Below are positions 29,092 to 38,385 of a stretch of DNA of 64,000 nucleotides, piece by piece. The notes under the pieces were generated by a model. That model saw nothing but the letters and a program-made list of their open reading frames with translations, was not told where the DNA came from and did no database searches. The stretch's first letter is position 1. Each line of letters starts with the position of its first letter. The stretch is taken from positions 256,001 through 320,000 of the forward strand of contig CAWHBU010000001.1 in assembly GCA_963827685.1 (NCBI GenBank), given 5' to 3'. This DNA comes from an uncultured delta proteobacterium. Its GTDB lineage: Bacteria; Desulfobacterota; BSN033; UBA1163. Both the position numbers and the translations under genes were made by a program.

Positions 29092-30252
29092 TAAATAGTT
29101 CATGACGATTCGTCCATAGATATGGGCAGCATGGACCAACGCATCCACCTCCACGGATTCATCCGTCGTATGCGACTGATCCACCCCTCCTGGTCCAAAG
29201 ATGAGGGTCGGAATGTGACATTGATTGACATAAAAGCGGGAATCCGTGAATCCAGAGAACGCTCTCAGTAGTGGCTTCTTTCCCATCACCTCTTGGATGG
29301 CCTCCACACCCATTTTGACAATCTCCTCTTCAGGGTTGACTGCAGAGGGTTCAGCGAAATCAATCTCCTCCATTCGATATCGAAAAAAGGGATCCTGCGA
29401 CTGGAGTGAATCCAAGATGCCTTTCATCTCTCTTAAGACTTCCTCCCTATTTTCACCGGGCAACATTCGCCGATCCACCTCAATCTCGCATCGATCGGGG
29501 ACGATATTGATCTTCGTTCCCCCTTGAATGGTTCCGATACTGAGAGTTGCTTTTCCAAGCAAAGGATTTTCTTTTTCTAAAGGAATGGAATTCAATCGTT
29601 CCATCAGCTTCATCATCTTTTCAATAGCATTCACACCCAGATGAGGTCTTGAGCCGTGAACCGATTTTCCAAGTGTGGAAATCCTAAGCCAAAGAGCACC
29701 TTTTTGGGCGATTACGGGTTGGAGGTCCGTAGGCTCTCCGACAAGAGCTGCATTTCCTCGGATCCCTTCCTTTTGAGTTAAGAAACCCATACCTTGATGG
29801 CCATGGGATTCTTCATCAGAGACCAGATGGAGAATGACAGCGCCTTGGTGGAGATGGATTTTAGAACGCTCAATCGTGGAGAGGGCATGAATGAAAGAGG
29901 CAATCCCGCTCTTCATATCGGATGCCCCCCGGCCATAAATCCTTCCTTTGGAAAGCTTTCCCTGAAAAGGAGGATATTTCCATTGAGAGGGATCTCCAGC
30001 AGGAACAACATCGAGATGGCCATTGAAGATCAGCGCTCTTCCACCTCTCCCCCATCTTCTTTCGGCCATGAGGTTCCATCTCCCTTTTGGAGAGAGAACC
30101 GTTTTGATTTTGAAACCCATCTTTGAGAGGAGGGGTTTCAGAAATTGCGCGGCTGCCTTTTCATTTCCAGGTGGGTTTTCCGTGGGAATCTGAACTAATT
30201 GGATTGCTAGATCGACCAGTTCTTTCTTTCTGATGAACCGATGTAAGTTCAT
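29083..30252 (-). CDS. M20 metallopeptidase/deacylase (ArgE/DapE family)
   Basis: FNGHLDVVP, YGRGASDMKSG, SDEE, VGEPT, FGPG...HTTDE. Confidence 0.93.
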   Translation of the reverse strand: MNLHRFIRKKELVDLAIQLVQIPTENPPGNEKAAAQFLKPLLSKMGFKIKTVLSPKGRWNLMAERRWGRGGRALIFNGHLDVVPAGDPSQWKYPPFQGKLSKGRIYGRGASDMKSGIASFIHALSTIERSKIHLHQGAVILHLVSDEESHGHQGMGFLTQKEGIRGNAALVGEPTDLQPVIAQKGALWLRISTLGKSVHGSRPHLGVNAIEKMMKLMERLNSIPLEKENPLLGKATLSIGTIQGGTKINIVPDRCEIEVDRRMLPGENREEVLREMKGILDSLQSQDPFFRYRMEEIDFAEPSAVNPEEEIVKMGVEAIQEVMGKKPLLRAFSGFTDSRFYVNQCHIPTLIFGPGGVDQSHTTDESVEVDALVHAAHIYGRIVMNYLPR

Positions 30253-30522
30253 CGTTGCATCCTCTTGCCCTTCCTCATCTTACAAAGAAAGGAAAATAAA
30301 GGCAACTTCCAAATTGAACCTCCCAAATCCAGAGCTGTGAAAAAACACGACTATACGCCACGCCCTCTCAGAAATCCCAAATTGAATCGTTGACATCCGT
30401 GATGAGGATGGATAAAATGACAGGCAATCAAGAAATAGGGGGGTAAAAAAAGGAGGTGAAGAAGAACAAACATTTTAATCAAGATTTTGAAAATTCCCAT
30501 TCTTTGTTCAAAGGAGGCCTGT

Positions 30523-31827
30523 ATGAAGACAACCAAAAGATTTTTTATTTTTTTCTCCGTTTCAATCTTAGCTATCATGACGGTTTGCTCCCCTGGATGG
30601 GCTGCTGAAAAGGAGATCAAGATTGGTGTGATTTATCCTCTTTCCGGAGCTCTGGCAACGATTGGAAGAGACCTGCAAAGGGCTGCGGAATTCACAGCAG
30701 AAAGCCTGGTAAACAATAAAAACCCTAATGTCGATGTTCTCATGTCGAAATGGGGAGGAATCCCAAACTTAGGGAATGCCAAGATCAAGCTGATCTTTGC
30801 CGACTCCCGAGGGGAGCCGGACCGTGGAGCAGATCTGGCTAAACGTCTCATTCTTGATGACAAAGTCGTCGGATTAATGGGCGCCTATCAAAGCGCTGTG
30901 ACCAAGACGGTCAGTGCGGTGGCTGAGCGGTATGGGGTCCCGATGATCAATGATTCTTCAACTTCTCCAAGCCTGACTCGAAGGGGATTCAAATGGTTCT
31001 GGCGTACTACTCCCCACGATGAATATTTTGACAAAGACCTCTTTGAACTTCTCAAAGGATTAACCGAGGGGAAAGTCAAGGGGGTTAAGTCTGTTCCCAA
31101 GGACCAGATCAAGAACTTGGTCTATGCCTGCGAAAATACAGAATGGGGGGCCAATGTCGCTAAGGATCTTGAGAAGTTTGCAAAGGAGTACGGATTCAAT
31201 ATTGTAAAAGGGCTCCTCTATGCTGGGAACTCACCTGATTTATCTTCTGAGGCGCAGGCCCTGGTTGCAGCCAAACCGGATGGCATGCTCTTTGCGTCCT
31301 ATCTTTCGGATTCGCTCCTTATGATTCGAACCCTGAAGGGAATGAAGGCTTCTCCCCGTTTCTTCTGGGGACAGGACGCGGGGTTTGAAATGGCTGACTT
31401 CACCAAAACCCTTGGGGCCGATACCAATGGGATCCTGACACGGACCGTCTTCATCGCAAAAATAGCAAAGGTGAAGCGAGTCGCCGGCCAGATTAATGAG
31501 CTCTACAAGAAGAAATACGGGGACGATCTGACCGGAGCAACCGCCCGGTCGGTGGTAGGAATTCAGACATGGGCGTATGTGCTGAACCGAGCCGGTTCAA
31601 CTGACCCTAAGGCCATTCAGAAAGCGTGCAATCAAATAGACATTCCAGGTTATGAGCTGGTGATGCCTTGGGACGGGATCAAATTTGATTCGACCGGTCA
31701 GAATATCAAAGGCAGGGGTTTGATCGGACAGTACCAGTCGAAAGAGGGGAAAGTCGAACTTGAGATCATCTACCCCTTTGACCTTGCCACAGCGAACATG
31801 ATCTATCCCTTCCCGGGATGGAAATAA
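30523..31827 (+). CDS. Branched-chain amino acid-type ABC substrate-binding protein
   Basis: Signal peptide; IKIGVIYPLSGALA, MGAYQSAVT, WFWRTTP. Confidence 0.92.
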   Translation: MKTTKRFFIFFSVSILAIMTVCSPGWAAEKEIKIGVIYPLSGALATIGRDLQRAAEFTAESLVNNKNPNVDVLMSKWGGIPNLGNAKIKLIFADSRGEPDRGADLAKRLILDDKVVGLMGAYQSAVTKTVSAVAERYGVPMINDSSTSPSLTRRGFKWFWRTTPHDEYFDKDLFELLKGLTEGKVKGVKSVPKDQIKNLVYACENTEWGANVAKDLEKFAKEYGFNIVKGLLYAGNSPDLSSEAQALVAAKPDGMLFASYLSDSLLMIRTLKGMKASPRFFWGQDAGFEMADFTKTLGADTNGILTRTVFIAKIAKVKRVAGQINELYKKKYGDDLTGATARSVVGIQTWAYVLNRAGSTDPKAIQKACNQIDIPGYELVMPWDGIKFDSTGQNIKGRGLIGQYQSKEGKVELEIIYPFDLATANMIYPFPGWK

Positions 31828-31835
31828 ATTGAACA

Positions 31836-31868
31836 GCGGGGGTCATGAATTCATCGGGCCCCCGTTTT
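31836..31868 (+). terminator. Hairpin after the binding-protein gene
   Basis: GCGGGGGTC-loop-GGCCCCCGT followed by TTT. Confidence 0.55.
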
Positions 31869-32088
31869 GAATCTTAGCTGGTCTTGAATTTGGTTGTTGT
31901 GAAATTCCAAATTCCAAGCGCCTGCCTTCGCCGAAGCGGCTTCGCGCAGGCAGGCCAAGTTCCAAATAAATTTCAATCACCAAGATTCGAAACGAATATG
32001 TTTCGGTCATTCATGGTTGAAAATTGGAATTTGTTTGGGATTTGTGATTTGGAATTTGGCGTTTAAACGGCTTCTTACCCTAACGCCT

Positions 32089-32976
32089 ATGATTTTTCTC
32101 GATGCACTCCTTCAAGGAATCCTGATGGGTCTTCTTTTTGCCTTGGTTGCTCTCGGTCTCACGATCATCTTTGGCATGATGGACATCGTCAACTTTGCCC
32201 ACGGCGAGCTCCTGATGATCGGAATGTATACCACTTACTGGACAAGCCTCCTCCTCCACATCGATCCCCTGATTACCCTTCCCGCTTCTGCAATCGTCGG
32301 AATGCTTCTTGGGTTGGTATCCTATTACTGTTTGGTAAAATATTTGCTCCGGGGCCCGATGATTGCTCAACTTTTTGGGACCTTTGGGTTAATGCTCTTC
32401 TTAAGATATCTTGCCCAATTTCTCTTTGGCATCGATTACCGGATCGTACAAAAAGGGTTGCTCGTTGGAAAGACTCTTTCATTGGGCCCCTTCAGACTTG
32501 ATTGGACGAAGCTCTCCGCAGCCATTCTCAGTCTTATTGCATTCCTTTTCGTCTACTTCCTTCTTCATCGAACCAAACTGGGAAAAGCCCTCCGCGCCAC
32601 GGCACTCAACAAGGAAGCAGCCAATTACATGGGGATTAAAACCGATCGGATGAATGCCCTTGCCTGGGTGATTGGCGGAGGAACCGTCGGCATGGCTGGA
32701 GGTTTAATCGTTAATTTCTGGTATGTCTATCCTACCGTAGGCCTCCTCTTCCTCATGATCGCCTTTGCATCGGTGGCCATGGGCGGATTCGGGAGTATTA
32801 AGGGAGCTTTCTTCGCCGGAATCCTGATCGGGATCATTGAGATGTTATTCCCGATGTTTGGTTATTTGACCGGCTGGGATTTCTTTGGCCCCCAATTTAA
32901 ATTCACTGTCGTCTATTTTGCCTACTTCATCATCGTTGTTTTGAGACCTCAGGGACTGTTTGGATGGAAAAAATAA
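32089..32976 (+). CDS. Branched-chain amino acid ABC permease (LivH-like)
   Basis: ALVALGLTIIFG..IVNFAHGE, TKLGKALRA, GGFGSIKGA. Confidence 0.93.
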   Translation: MIFLDALLQGILMGLLFALVALGLTIIFGMMDIVNFAHGELLMIGMYTTYWTSLLLHIDPLITLPASAIVGMLLGLVSYYCLVKYLLRGPMIAQLFGTFGLMLFLRYLAQFLFGIDYRIVQKGLLVGKTLSLGPFRLDWTKLSAAILSLIAFLFVYFLLHRTKLGKALRATALNKEAANYMGIKTDRMNALAWVIGGGTVGMAGGLIVNFWYVYPTVGLLFLMIAFASVAMGGFGSIKGAFFAGILIGIIEMLFPMFGYLTGWDFFGPQFKFTVVYFAYFIIVVLRPQGLFGWKK

Positions 32977-33962
32977 GGGACGCCTTCGACTTCAGAGATT
33001 TCTCAAAACCGGAAAAGGTTGGCTTTGCCATTTTCACCCTTTTCCTTCTCGTCTTTCCCTGGCTCGGCGCTGGATCCTTTGTCAAGGCCGTCGCGATCCA
33101 GTTCCTCCTTTTCTCCCTCTTCGGGATGGGATGGAATACCATCGGTGGCTATGGGGGTCAGGTGGAGCTGGGCAAAGCTCAGTATGTTGGGATCGGAGCC
33201 TATACTGTAGCTCTGGCCATGGTATGGTGGAAGATTCCTTTCTGGGCTTCCATGCCCGTCGGCGTCCTCATTGCCATTGGATACTCCTTCATCATTGGGT
33301 ATCCTCTTTTCAGGTTGAAGGGCCATTACTTTGCCATTGCCACTATCTGCACCTCATTGGTGCTTCAAGACATTTTTATCAACTGGAAGCTGGTCGGAGC
33401 CGCAAAGGGGATAGAACTTCCCATTCACGAGCACCCTGATTTTCTTTATATGCAGTTTAAGTCGGATAATTATTATTTCTATTTCATCATGGCCCTCTTT
33501 TATACTGCCATTTTCTATATGAACTGGTTTCGAAAATCAAAGTTGGGCTATCAACTCCGGATGATCAAGGAGGATGAAGAGGCTGCAGAAAGCCTGGGAA
33601 TTGATGCCCGGTGGTGTAAGATCAAGGCCTACTCCATTGCCTCAGCTTTTGTTGCAGTGGGGGGCGGATTCATGGCTGTTTATAATCTCTACATCGATCC
33701 CTATTCTGTTATGGATCTGGACCTCTCAATTAAAATCGCCTTGATGGCCATGTTAGGAGGAGCGGGTTCGATGTGGGGACCCATCATCGGCTCAGGTTTT
33801 TTAGTCCCTCTTGACCGCTTTCTCGGAAGCTGGCTGGGTGCTCAGAAAGGTTTGATCGGAGTTGACTTTATGATTTACGCTGCGCTGATCATGGTTGTCT
33901 CTGCCTATCAACCTCGGGGAATCTGGGGCATCATTGAGCAGTTTCGAAAAAGAGGTGCATAG
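32964..33962 (+). CDS. Branched-chain amino acid ABC permease (LivM-like)
   Basis: WNTIGGYGGQ, RLKGHYFAIAT, EDEEAAESLG, LGGAGSMWGP. Confidence 0.93.
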   Translation: MEKIRDAFDFRDFSKPEKVGFAIFTLFLLVFPWLGAGSFVKAVAIQFLLFSLFGMGWNTIGGYGGQVELGKAQYVGIGAYTVALAMVWWKIPFWASMPVGVLIAIGYSFIIGYPLFRLKGHYFAIATICTSLVLQDIFINWKLVGAAKGIELPIHEHPDFLYMQFKSDNYYFYFIMALFYTAIFYMNWFRKSKLGYQLRMIKEDEEAAESLGIDARWCKIKAYSIASAFVAVGGGFMAVYNLYIDPYSVMDLDLSIKIALMAMLGGAGSMWGPIIGSGFLVPLDRFLGSWLGAQKGLIGVDFMIYAALIMVVSAYQPRGIWGIIEQFRKRGA

Positions 33963-33963
33963 C

Positions 33964-34695
33964 GTGGCATTTCTTGAAGTGATCGATCTGGTCAAAGACT
34001 TTGGCGGTGTGGTGGCCAATAACCATATCTCCTTCCAAATCAATCAGGGTGAAATCATCGGTCTGATCGGTCCGAATGGCGCTGGAAAAACAACCCTTTT
34101 CAACTGCATCGTCGGTTATCACAAGCCCGATTCCGGAAAGGTGATCTTCAAAGGAAAGGAGATCACAGGATTCAAGCCGTTCATGACCAATCGGGAGGGA
34201 ATTGGGAGGACCTTTCAGCTCACAAAGGTAACCACAGGAATGACAGTCCTTGAGAATGTGATGGTCGGTGCCTTTTGCAGGACTGACGACCGCTATCTTG
34301 CAAAAGTGGAGGCGGCTGCCCTCCTGGGCTTTCTGGGATTGGATAGTGTGAGGGCCTATCATCTTAACGAATTGCCTGTCGCCAGCCAGAAGAGGACAGG
34401 ATTGGCGAGGGCCTTGGCGACCCAACCAGAACTCTTGATGTTGGATGAAGTGGCCTCCGGCCTCAACCCTAAAGAAACTGAAGAGATGGTGGATCTTTTG
34501 AAAAAGATCCACAAAGAAAAGAAGATGACCCTCTTTCTCATCGAGCATGTCATGGAGGTGGTGATGCCCATCTCCCAAAGAGTCATCGTTCTCGATGGTG
34601 GCGAAAAAATTGCTGAAGGATTGCCGAAGGATATTGTGAAGAATGAACGGGTGATCAAAGCCTATCTGGGGGAGAAGTATGCTAAAGGTCTCTGA
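33964..34695 (+). CDS. ABC ATPase (LivG-like)
   Basis: FGGVVAN, GPNGAGKTT, LMLDE, IEHVM, VIKAYLG. Confidence 0.93.
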   Translation: MAFLEVIDLVKDFGGVVANNHISFQINQGEIIGLIGPNGAGKTTLFNCIVGYHKPDSGKVIFKGKEITGFKPFMTNREGIGRTFQLTKVTTGMTVLENVMVGAFCRTDDRYLAKVEAAALLGFLGLDSVRAYHLNELPVASQKRTGLARALATQPELLMLDEVASGLNPKETEEMVDLLKKIHKEKKMTLFLIEHVMEVVMPISQRVIVLDGGEKIAEGLPKDIVKNERVIKAYLGEKYAKGL

Positions 34696-35383
34696 GATTG
34701 AAGTTCGATACAGTGGCGTCCCCGTCATTCACAATGTTTCCCTTGAAGTGAACCAGGGAGAACTGGTCTCTGTGGTGGGTGCAAACGGTGCAGGGAAATC
34801 AACGCTGCTTAAGACGATCGCTGGTGCCCTCCATCCCTCCAAAGGTTCAATCCAGTTTGAGAATCAAGAGATCTCTCACCTTTCCACAGCCGATATTGTT
34901 GGGATGGGAATCACCTATGTGCCCGAGGCGCGTTTAATTTTCGGACCCCTCACGGTACAGGAAAATCTGGAATTGGGAGCCTATGTCCTCGATGATGATG
35001 AGGCGGTGAAAAAGAATTTGGAATATGTTTATCATCTCTTCCCCCGACTGGCTGAGAGACGTCTCCAGCAAGGAGGGACCCTCAGCGGCGGAGAACAACA
35101 GATGCTCGCCATTGGAAGGGGATTGATGTCCAATCCGAACCTTCTCATGCTCGACGAGCCCTCGTTAGGTTTGATGCCAAAACTTGTGGATGAGATGCTG
35201 GAGGCCGTGGCCAAATTGAAAGAGTCAGGGAAGACGATTCTCCTCGTGGAACAAAATGTTCGGGAATCCCTCGAATTGTCCGACCGCGGCTATGTCCTTC
35301 AAACCGGAAGAACCATCCACCAGGGAACGGGAAAAGAACTCCTCAACGCCGAAGTGATCAAGAAAGCCTTCCTGGGGTTGTAA
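34679..35383 (+). CDS. ABC ATPase (LivF-like)
   Basis: GANGAGKST, LSGGEQQMLAIGR, LDEPSLGL, VEQN. Confidence 0.95.
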   Translation: MLKVSEIEVRYSGVPVIHNVSLEVNQGELVSVVGANGAGKSTLLKTIAGALHPSKGSIQFENQEISHLSTADIVGMGITYVPEARLIFGPLTVQENLELGAYVLDDDEAVKKNLEYVYHLFPRLAERRLQQGGTLSGGEQQMLAIGRGLMSNPNLLMLDEPSLGLMPKLVDEMLEAVAKLKESGKTILLVEQNVRESLELSDRGYVLQTGRTIHQGTGKELLNAEVIKKAFLGL

Positions 35384-35521
35384 CCTTTTACCTACGTCTC
35401 TAAGTCCAAAATCTGTTTAGATATTTTCTCCCCTCCCCTGGCGCCTGCCTGCGCGAAGCCCCGCCTTCCGGGACGAAGGCAGGGGAGAGAATTAAGGTGA
35501 GGGGGTAAGCGAAGTGAATGG

Positions 35522-35549
35522 TTGACTTTTCAAATGCCCGCTGTAGAAT
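35522..35549 (+). promoter_or_regulatory. Sigma70-like promoter
   Basis: TTGACT-16 bp-TAGAAT upstream of the ACT gene. Confidence 0.55.
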
Positions 35550-35583
35550 GTGCTAAAACACAAACATAAAGGAGGGCCCGACT

Positions 35584-35982
35584 ATGACAAAAGCAAGAAA
35601 AGTAAAAGAGATCAGTTTTACCATGCCGAATAAGGTTGGATTGCTTTCAGAGGTGACCACGGCTGTCGCTAAGGCAAAGGTGAATATTACCGCCCTATGC
35701 GCCTATGCGATGGAAAACAGTGCCTATTTTATGCTTACTGCTGACAGCAATGCAAAAGCCAAGAAGGCCCTCTCACTATTGGGGGTCACGATTGAAGAAA
35801 GGGATGTGGTTGAGGTAGAAATGCCCAACAAGCCTGGAGAATTACAGAAGGTTGCAAAAAAGATCGCCGATGCAGGCATTGATATCGAGTATATGTATGG
35901 GACAGCTGGAAAGGGTAAAACCCCAAGCTGTGTTTTTAAGACGGCCGATGATCAGAAGACGATCAAGATAATCAATAAATAG
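35584..35982 (+). CDS. Tandem ACT-domain protein
   Basis: NKVGLL...VNI; NKPGEL...IDIEYMYG. Confidence 0.88.
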   Translation: MTKARKVKEISFTMPNKVGLLSEVTTAVAKAKVNITALCAYAMENSAYFMLTADSNAKAKKALSLLGVTIEERDVVEVEMPNKPGELQKVAKKIADAGIDIEYMYGTAGKGKTPSCVFKTADDQKTIKIINK

Positions 35983-36053
35983 AATTATTTAATATTGGAA
36001 GACTTGGGATCATGTGTGTCCACGCTGTTGAAAAACTTAAAAAGACTCACTAT

Positions 36054-36162
36054 GTCATGTTTCTGAACCTTGTACTGAACTTGATTCAGTATCGGTTCAG
36101 CATCTGATGGAATCAATGTGTTAGAGACCCCTGAAATTGATTCAGGGCATGGTTCAGGATGA
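36054..36162. repeat. REP-like GTCAT...ATGAC element with nested hairpins
   Basis: GTCATG..CTGAAC..GTTCAGCATCT...CCTGAA..TTCAGGATGAC. Confidence 0.5.
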
Positions 36163-36191
36163 CAAAATAGGACTTATTACAAAACCATCTA

Positions 36192-37247
36192 ATGAAAACA
36201 ATTGTACCTAAAACCCTATTGAAGGATCTGCGAGAGTTGATTGCAGCGGCGCAAAAGGATGTGGCGCGGGAGGTCAACTCCGCGCTGGTGCTGCTCTACT
36301 GGCGCATTGGCCAGCGCATCCGGCAGGACATCCTGAAAGAGAAACGGGCGGAATATGGGGAGCAGATTTTGCCGACGCTGTCGGCAGGATTGATGAAGGA
36401 GTTCGGTACGGGATTCACGGCGCGGAATCTCGCCAACATGGTTCGATTCGCCGAGGTATTCCCAGAAGAAAAGATTTTGCACACACTGTGTGCAAAATTG
36501 AGCTGGAGTCATTTCCGTTTGATCATTTACCTTGATGACGATCTCAAACGGGATTTCTATGCCGAGATGTGCCGGATCGAAGGATGGAGTGTTCGCATGC
36601 TCGAAAAGAAAATCAGCGGTATGTTGTTTGAGCGCACGGCATTGTCAAAGAAGCCTGAAAAGCTCATCCGCGAAGAACTTGATACCCTTCGCACCGAAGA
36701 CAAACTTACGCCGGACCTGGTCTTTCGTGATCCGTATTTTCTTGACTTCCTGGGTTTGAAGGATCGTTACCTCGAAAAGGACATCGAGGATGCGATCATG
36801 CGGGAGATGGAAAACTTTATCCTGGAGCTGGGTGTTGGCTTCACCTTCGTCGCGCGCCAAAAACGTATCCAGGTGGACAATGACGACTATTACCTCGATC
36901 TACTATTCTACCATCGTGGGCTTAAGCGGTTGGTGGCGATAGATCTTAAGCTCGGTGATTTCCGCCCCGCAGACAAGGGGCAGATGGAACTCTATCTGCG
37001 CTGGTTAGCCAAATATGAGCAAAAGCCCGATGAACAAGCGCCAATTGGACTGATTCTGTGTGCGGGAAAGAAGAAGGAAACTGTAGAATTGCTGGAACTC
37101 GAGAAGAGCGGCATACGCGTGGCACCGTATTGGACTAAGGTTCTGCCGCGGGAACTGCTACAGAAGAAACTGCATGAGGCCATTCAGCATGCCCGCGCCC
37201 GGTTGGTGGAAAAAGAACAGTCGAACGGAAAGAAACTGCTGTCATGA
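36192..37247 (+). CDS. DUF1016/YhcG-family PD-(D/E)XK nuclease-like protein
   Basis: LLYWRIG, LSWSH, RDPYFLDFLGL, FILELG.GFTFVARQ, DLLFYH, GQMELY, PIGLILC. Confidence 0.95.
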   Translation: MKTIVPKTLLKDLRELIAAAQKDVAREVNSALVLLYWRIGQRIRQDILKEKRAEYGEQILPTLSAGLMKEFGTGFTARNLANMVRFAEVFPEEKILHTLCAKLSWSHFRLIIYLDDDLKRDFYAEMCRIEGWSVRMLEKKISGMLFERTALSKKPEKLIREELDTLRTEDKLTPDLVFRDPYFLDFLGLKDRYLEKDIEDAIMREMENFILELGVGFTFVARQKRIQVDNDDYYLDLLFYHRGLKRLVAIDLKLGDFRPADKGQMELYLRWLAKYEQKPDEQAPIGLILCAGKKKETVELLELEKSGIRVAPYWTKVLPRELLQKKLHEAIQHARARLVEKEQSNGKKLLS

Positions 37248-38032
37248 ATGTCCAACAACTCACTGCCAAAAAAATCCGTAGTCTCATTCGAAAAGGGAAA
37301 TGGGATAAACCCACGGCAGGGTTGGCCATGGGTTATGCTCAGGCTAATCTGGTCATCCTCCCGCAGAAATATGCCTTCGACTTTCTCCTCTTCTGTCAGA
37401 GAAATCCAAAGCCCTGTCCCCTGCTTGAAGTCTTAGAGCCAGGGGAATTCATGACGAAGTTTTTGTCTCTGGATGCCGATATCAGAACGGATATTCCTCG
37501 TTACAACGTTTACCGAAAAGGAAAACTATGGAACACTGTCAAAGAAATCAAAACTTTTTGGGAGCCTGACTTGGTCAGCTTTCTTTTAGGTTGCAGTTTT
37601 TCTTTTGAAGAAGCAATGCTCCGGTCGAAAATCCCTATCCGCCATATCGAAGAGAATAAAAATGTCTCGATGTATATCACCCATATTCCCTGCAAGCCTG
37701 CTGGATTTTTTCATGGGCCAATGGTCGTTACGATGAGACCGATTCTACCAGATCAAGTTACCCGGGCGGTACAGATCACTTCACGTTACGCATTGGTGCA
37801 CGGCGCGCCCATTCATATCGGTGATCCTTCAACGATTGGCATTAAAGATCTGAAAAAACCTGATTTTGGAGATCCAGTGACCATTAAGAAGGGAGAAGTC
37901 CCGGTATTTTGGGCTTGCGGTGTGACGCCACAAGCTGTTGTGATGAAGGCCAAACCTGAGCTCTGTATCACTCATGCACCTGGCCACATGTTTATCTCAG
38001 ACTTGCTGAATGAAGAATTAGCCCTCCTCTGA
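37244..38032 (+). CDS. DUF1445 putative hydro-lyase (D-glutamate cyclase-like)
   Basis: QANLVILP, FCQRNPKPCPLL, GCSFSFE, HGAPIHIGDP, FWACGVTPQ, THAPGHM. Confidence 0.93.
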   Translation: MNVQQLTAKKIRSLIRKGKWDKPTAGLAMGYAQANLVILPQKYAFDFLLFCQRNPKPCPLLEVLEPGEFMTKFLSLDADIRTDIPRYNVYRKGKLWNTVKEIKTFWEPDLVSFLLGCSFSFEEAMLRSKIPIRHIEENKNVSMYITHIPCKPAGFFHGPMVVTMRPILPDQVTRAVQITSRYALVHGAPIHIGDPSTIGIKDLKKPDFGDPVTIKKGEVPVFWACGVTPQAVVMKAKPELCITHAPGHMFISDLLNEELALL

Positions 38033-38371
38033 TTCATTCATCGACTTCGAAGCCGTCTCTTCTTCCATCGCCTCATCCACCATCTGGTCTACATCATCCC
38101 CCATATCTTCTCCCATCTCCTTGCCCATCCGTTTCATCCATCTGGCCATGCTCTTCGGATCCTTCTCGTCCAGGCCGCCCCATTTCGATGGGTCAGCCAA
38201 GCTTTCCATTCTGCTTTCTTCCGAGCGGACCACTCTCACCCTGGAGAGGACACGGGACATTTTTTTACTTTTACATCGTTTGCATTGAGGGATAAAGGTC
38301 TCGTCGGTTTTGATCAGCAGGAATTCAGAGATCTTCCCACAATCATCACAACGATACTCGTAGATTGGCAT
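38018..38371 (-). CDS. FmdB-family zinc-ribbon protein
   Basis: MPIYEYRCDDC...CKRC; DPKSMARWMKRMGKEMGED tail. Confidence 0.9.
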   Translation of the reverse strand: MPIYEYRCDDCGKISEFLLIKTDETFIPQCKRCKSKKMSRVLSRVRVVRSEESRMESLADPSKWGGLDEKDPKSMARWMKRMGKEMGEDMGDDVDQMVDEAMEEETASKSMNESEEG

Positions 38372-38385
38372 GTCACTCCCCCCCA

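Noticed and set aside
33931-34728. Long antisense/overlapping ORFs (e.g. 33931..34728, 25196..25822, 58695..59279, 12108..12635)
   Set aside because: Shadows of well-supported genes on the opposite strand or frame, with no motifs.
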